A stretch of DNA of 64,000 bases from a virus (lineage: Duplodnaviria > Caudoviricetes), in the IMG/VR virus record IMGVR_UViG_3300033463_000027, positions 64,001 through 128,000 of that record, one strand, 5' to 3'. The notes beneath the pieces were generated by a model. That model made no database searches. It was not told where the DNA came from and was given only the letters and a program-made list of their open reading frames with translations. The number at the start of each line of letters is the position of its first letter. Positions within the stretch are counted from its first letter, which is position 1. Position numbers and translations under genes: made by a program. Below are positions 61,311 to 64,000 of this stretch, piece by piece.

Positions 61311-62048
61311 ATGGCTAACTACGAACACATTGTCCAAGAACACATAAAACTGCATGAGTCTCTTTTTAACAAACAAGCGGATATTATAAAAGAAGCGAGT
61401 GAACTTCGAGATATAGCAAATGAATTAAATCAAGAAAATCTTTTATTAAAAAAGATACTTAGTGATGTTTTGCCTATGGTTACAAGTATAGAGTCCCAAT
61501 TGAGTTTACCACCCAAGTATTCAGAATTGATAAAGTCATTTATTGGAGAAGATGACTAATCATGATTTGCCAAATCGTAATTGACTAAAGGGAGATTTGA
61601 TATGCACGAATTAGAAATGTTGGATTATCTTTGTAAGATTATTCCTGATGTTGGGTTGCTTAAAGTAGAACTTGTTAATCATTTAAAGCAAATTACATAT
61701 TTGTATAACAATCCCTCTCAATACACATATATAAAAGGTAAATTTGAGAATTGTAATTCTTTTGAGGAATATATTTATCATTACATTTCTTTTCGTCTGA
61801 CAATAATAAATATAAAAGCAAGGGCTACAAGAGCGAAAACAATTTTTGGGACAACATACGAAGTGTCTATTGCAGAACCATCTCGTTTTAACACTCTCAT
61901 TCACACTTATAACCTCTCTTCTGAACATTTACTATGGCTAATCGGAGTATGTAGTAAATATGAAGCCTATGAGCAAGTTGCTATCCTTGAACAGAGAATA
62001 GCCGAGATAGGTGGTTGCAAGTCTCTTACAGACAGATTTCAAATATGA
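61311..62048 (+). CDS. Two hypothetical genes (61311-61559, about 61602-62048)
   Basis: ORF track with RBSs. Confidence 0.55.
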
Positions 62049-62069
62049 ACAAAATATTAAATTTTGCAT

Positions 62070-62262
62070 TGTACCTAATTTCCTATTGACAAATAAGATT
62101 ATATGGTGTATAATAAAGTTACAGAAAGAGATATAATCTAAGGCGTAAAGTAGTTGATATTTACAATTGCTACTTTACGACCTATATTTTTATCCCCTTT
62201 AAGCATTATGTGCTGTACCTAACGGCATTTGCAAAAATTATAACATTATATATCGTACCTAA
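62070..62262 (+). promoter_or_regulatory. sigmaA promoter with TGTACCTAA operators
   Basis: TGTACCTAA-N7-TTGACA-N17-TATAAT; further boxes at about 62214 and 62254. Confidence 0.8.
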
Positions 62263-62446
62263 AAGTGAGGTGAGAAAATTGCACTTTGGAACGCCTTTAA
62301 AAGTACCTCGAAAAAAAGCTGAATTTTATCAGGATTTTTTGACCCTATATTGGCAAGATGAAGCCAATTGTGGGCTGTCTGATTTCAGTAGTTACGAGGA
62401 TTATGATATAAATGAGTTCATGCACATAGAAGGAGATGATACAGAA

Positions 62447-62683
62447 ATGGTAAGTCGAAGAATTTTGATTGAGAAGTATAAGGACATTAAACGCTTTGTG
62501 GATATCGCCAGTAAATATGGTGACGATCTGATAATCAAGGGAATTAATTATGAGTTTCCTGCTTGTTCTCTTATGTCAGTTATGTCACTCGTTGATTTGA
62601 GCGATAGTGTAAGAATTATGTTCCCCGAAGAATACATTGAGAGCGTTGAAATGGACTTTGCAGAATGGTTGTGTGAACAATGA
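62447..62683 (+). CDS. HPr-like protein
   Basis: AAGGAG RBS; DIKRFVDIASKY..ACSLMSVMSLVDLS resembles the HPr Ser46 region; no His15. Confidence 0.6.
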   Translation: MVSRRILIEKYKDIKRFVDIASKYGDDLIIKGINYEFPACSLMSVMSLVDLSDSVRIMFPEEYIESVEMDFAEWLCEQ

Positions 62684-63375
62684 ACCGCAGACAAAGATTT
62701 ATTTGTCAAGCTCTTGTGTTTTGGTTGCTTGGTGTAACTGCAATTGCGGTGAGTGACTACGTTGACCAAGAGAAGTATGAACGCCAAAAAGATGTAGGTG
62801 CAACTAAACTTGCTACTGTGAGCGTTGTGACCGAAGTCAAACCTCAGAGCGAACGTGTTCTAAAGTTTGAGTTACATCAAGGCGGGAGTTATCAGCCGAA
62901 AGAAAGTTACATAGAGAAAACCATTGTTAAAGAACAGGTGTATGAGAGTTTGGAAATACCGCAAGGTCGAACAGATAATTTCATGTACATGGATTATCGA
63001 GCCTTAACCAATACGGCTTCGGCACAATATGAATTGCAGCAGTACGCTTGGACTGATTCACAAGGATTCCGTAGATATGGTGACTATTACATGGTTGCTA
63101 TGGGAACTTATTACGGTTATGTCGGTGAGACGTTTAGAATAACAACTGATCGTAACAATTGCTACGATGTAATTCTTGGGGATTGCAAGGGGACAGATGC
63201 GGTTAGCTATGACGGTAATCACAGTTGGTATCATGTTGCAGGAGATTACAGATTGAATGTCGTGGAATTTATCGTTGCGACTGAATACTTGCCAAGTGAG
63301 GTTACGTTACATGGTGACTGTGGTGTGCTTGAAAATATCGGCGGGAATGTTATAAAGATTGAGAGGTTGGAATAA
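62680..63375 (+). CDS. Membrane-anchored protein, possibly 3D/cell-wall-hydrolase-like
   Basis: N-terminal TM; YMDYR, YYMVAMGTYYG, ILGDCK. Confidence 0.55.
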   Translation: MNRRQRFICQALVFWLLGVTAIAVSDYVDQEKYERQKDVGATKLATVSVVTEVKPQSERVLKFELHQGGSYQPKESYIEKTIVKEQVYESLEIPQGRTDNFMYMDYRALTNTASAQYELQQYAWTDSQGFRRYGDYYMVAMGTYYGYVGETFRITTDRNNCYDVILGDCKGTDAVSYDGNHSWYHVAGDYRLNVVEFIVATEYLPSEVTLHGDCGVLENIGGNVIKIERLE

Positions 63376-63894
63376 TTGCAAATAGAAAGAACATGGGCAA
63401 TGCCTAATGGTAATACTTTTACAATAAAACCAATCAAAGAACTTGTTGAATCTGTTATAAGCTCTTTACATAATAGCGCGGTTATCGTTGACCCTTTTGC
63501 AAACAATTCTAAGTATGGCACCATAACTAATGACTTAAATCCCGAATATGATACTACTTATCATCTTGACGCATTAAAATTCTTACAACAATTATGCTCT
63601 GATAGTGCAGATTTAATTCTTTATGACCCGCCATACTCCATCACTCAGGCTGCTACGCTTTATAAATCCTATGGAAAAGAGAAGTTGGAAATTAATGTCG
63701 CCAATATGAAGTATTGGGCTGAGTGCAAAAAAGAAGTAGCAAGGATATGTAAAAGCTCTGGACAAGTTCTTTCTTTTGGTTGGAATACTAATGGAATAGG
63801 CAAGAATAGGGGATTTGAAATTGAAAAAATACTAATAGTAGCTCATGGTGGGTCTAAGAATGATACACTATGTACTTTGGAAAGGAAGTTATAA
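63376..63894 (+). CDS. Adenine-specific DNA methyltransferase-like protein
   Basis: VDPFAN, YDPPYS. Confidence 0.8.
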   Translation: MQIERTWAMPNGNTFTIKPIKELVESVISSLHNSAVIVDPFANNSKYGTITNDLNPEYDTTYHLDALKFLQQLCSDSADLILYDPPYSITQAATLYKSYGKEKLEINVANMKYWAECKKEVARICKSSGQVLSFGWNTNGIGKNRGFEIEKILIVAHGGSKNDTLCTLERKL

Positions 63895-64000
63895 ATGAAT
63901 GTGTTGGTAGCCTGTGAAGAGTCACAGCGCGTTTGTACCGCTTTCCGTAGGGGGGGGCATAATGCCTTTAGCTGTGATGTGATTGAACCAAGTGGAGAAC
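63895..64000 (+). CDS. Phage DNA cytosine methyltransferase-like protein (partial)
   Basis: MNVLVACEESQRVCTAFR..GHNAFSCD. Confidence 0.75.
   Translation, partial: MNVLVACEESQRVCTAFRRGGHNAFSCDVIEPSGE

Noticed and set aside
6908-63524. Numerous short antisense ORFs nested in + strand genes
   Set aside because: Shadow ORFs with no RBS or recognisable motifs.

Overview
A 64 kb segment of a large, probably temperate, SPbeta-like phage of a low-GC Firmicute (sigmaA TTGACA-N17-TATAAT promoters, strong GGAGG RBSs). No virion structural genes are present. From left to right the window holds: a short leftward arm (1-3059); a 2 kb non-coding region with a sharp strand-composition switch (candidate genome end or origin); an early region of many small rightward genes with structured intergenic RNAs (5.8-21.6 kb); an IscB/omegaRNA element; a tyrosine recombinase; an accessory block with ToxIN and two MazF/PemK genes; an MrpR/YopR-like repressor; a tRNA cluster; a YorF-YorL-like replication module (AAA ATPase, DnaB, primase, RecJ, DnaE) plus RecD2; TnpB elements; RNA ligase, YopX and methyltransferase genes. 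The standout is 24359-25878. A stand-alone Cas7/RAMP-like gene is followed directly by a non-CRISPR array of six units, each made of 11-15 GTT-NN pentamers and separated by a 9-nt GTATTATAA repeat, then by a winged-helix gene. This is a candidate RNA-guided system that uses a gapped dinucleotide code. Other notable signals are a five-copy covarying RNA motif (one copy split by IscB at GC^ATGA), a hammerhead ribozyme, an unannotated type I toxin-like peptide, three 32-bp-spaced NrdR-box pairs, a TGTACCYAA operator regulon and strongly strand-polarised CGGAA enrichment in the early region. All family assignments come from motif recognition by eye, not database searches.
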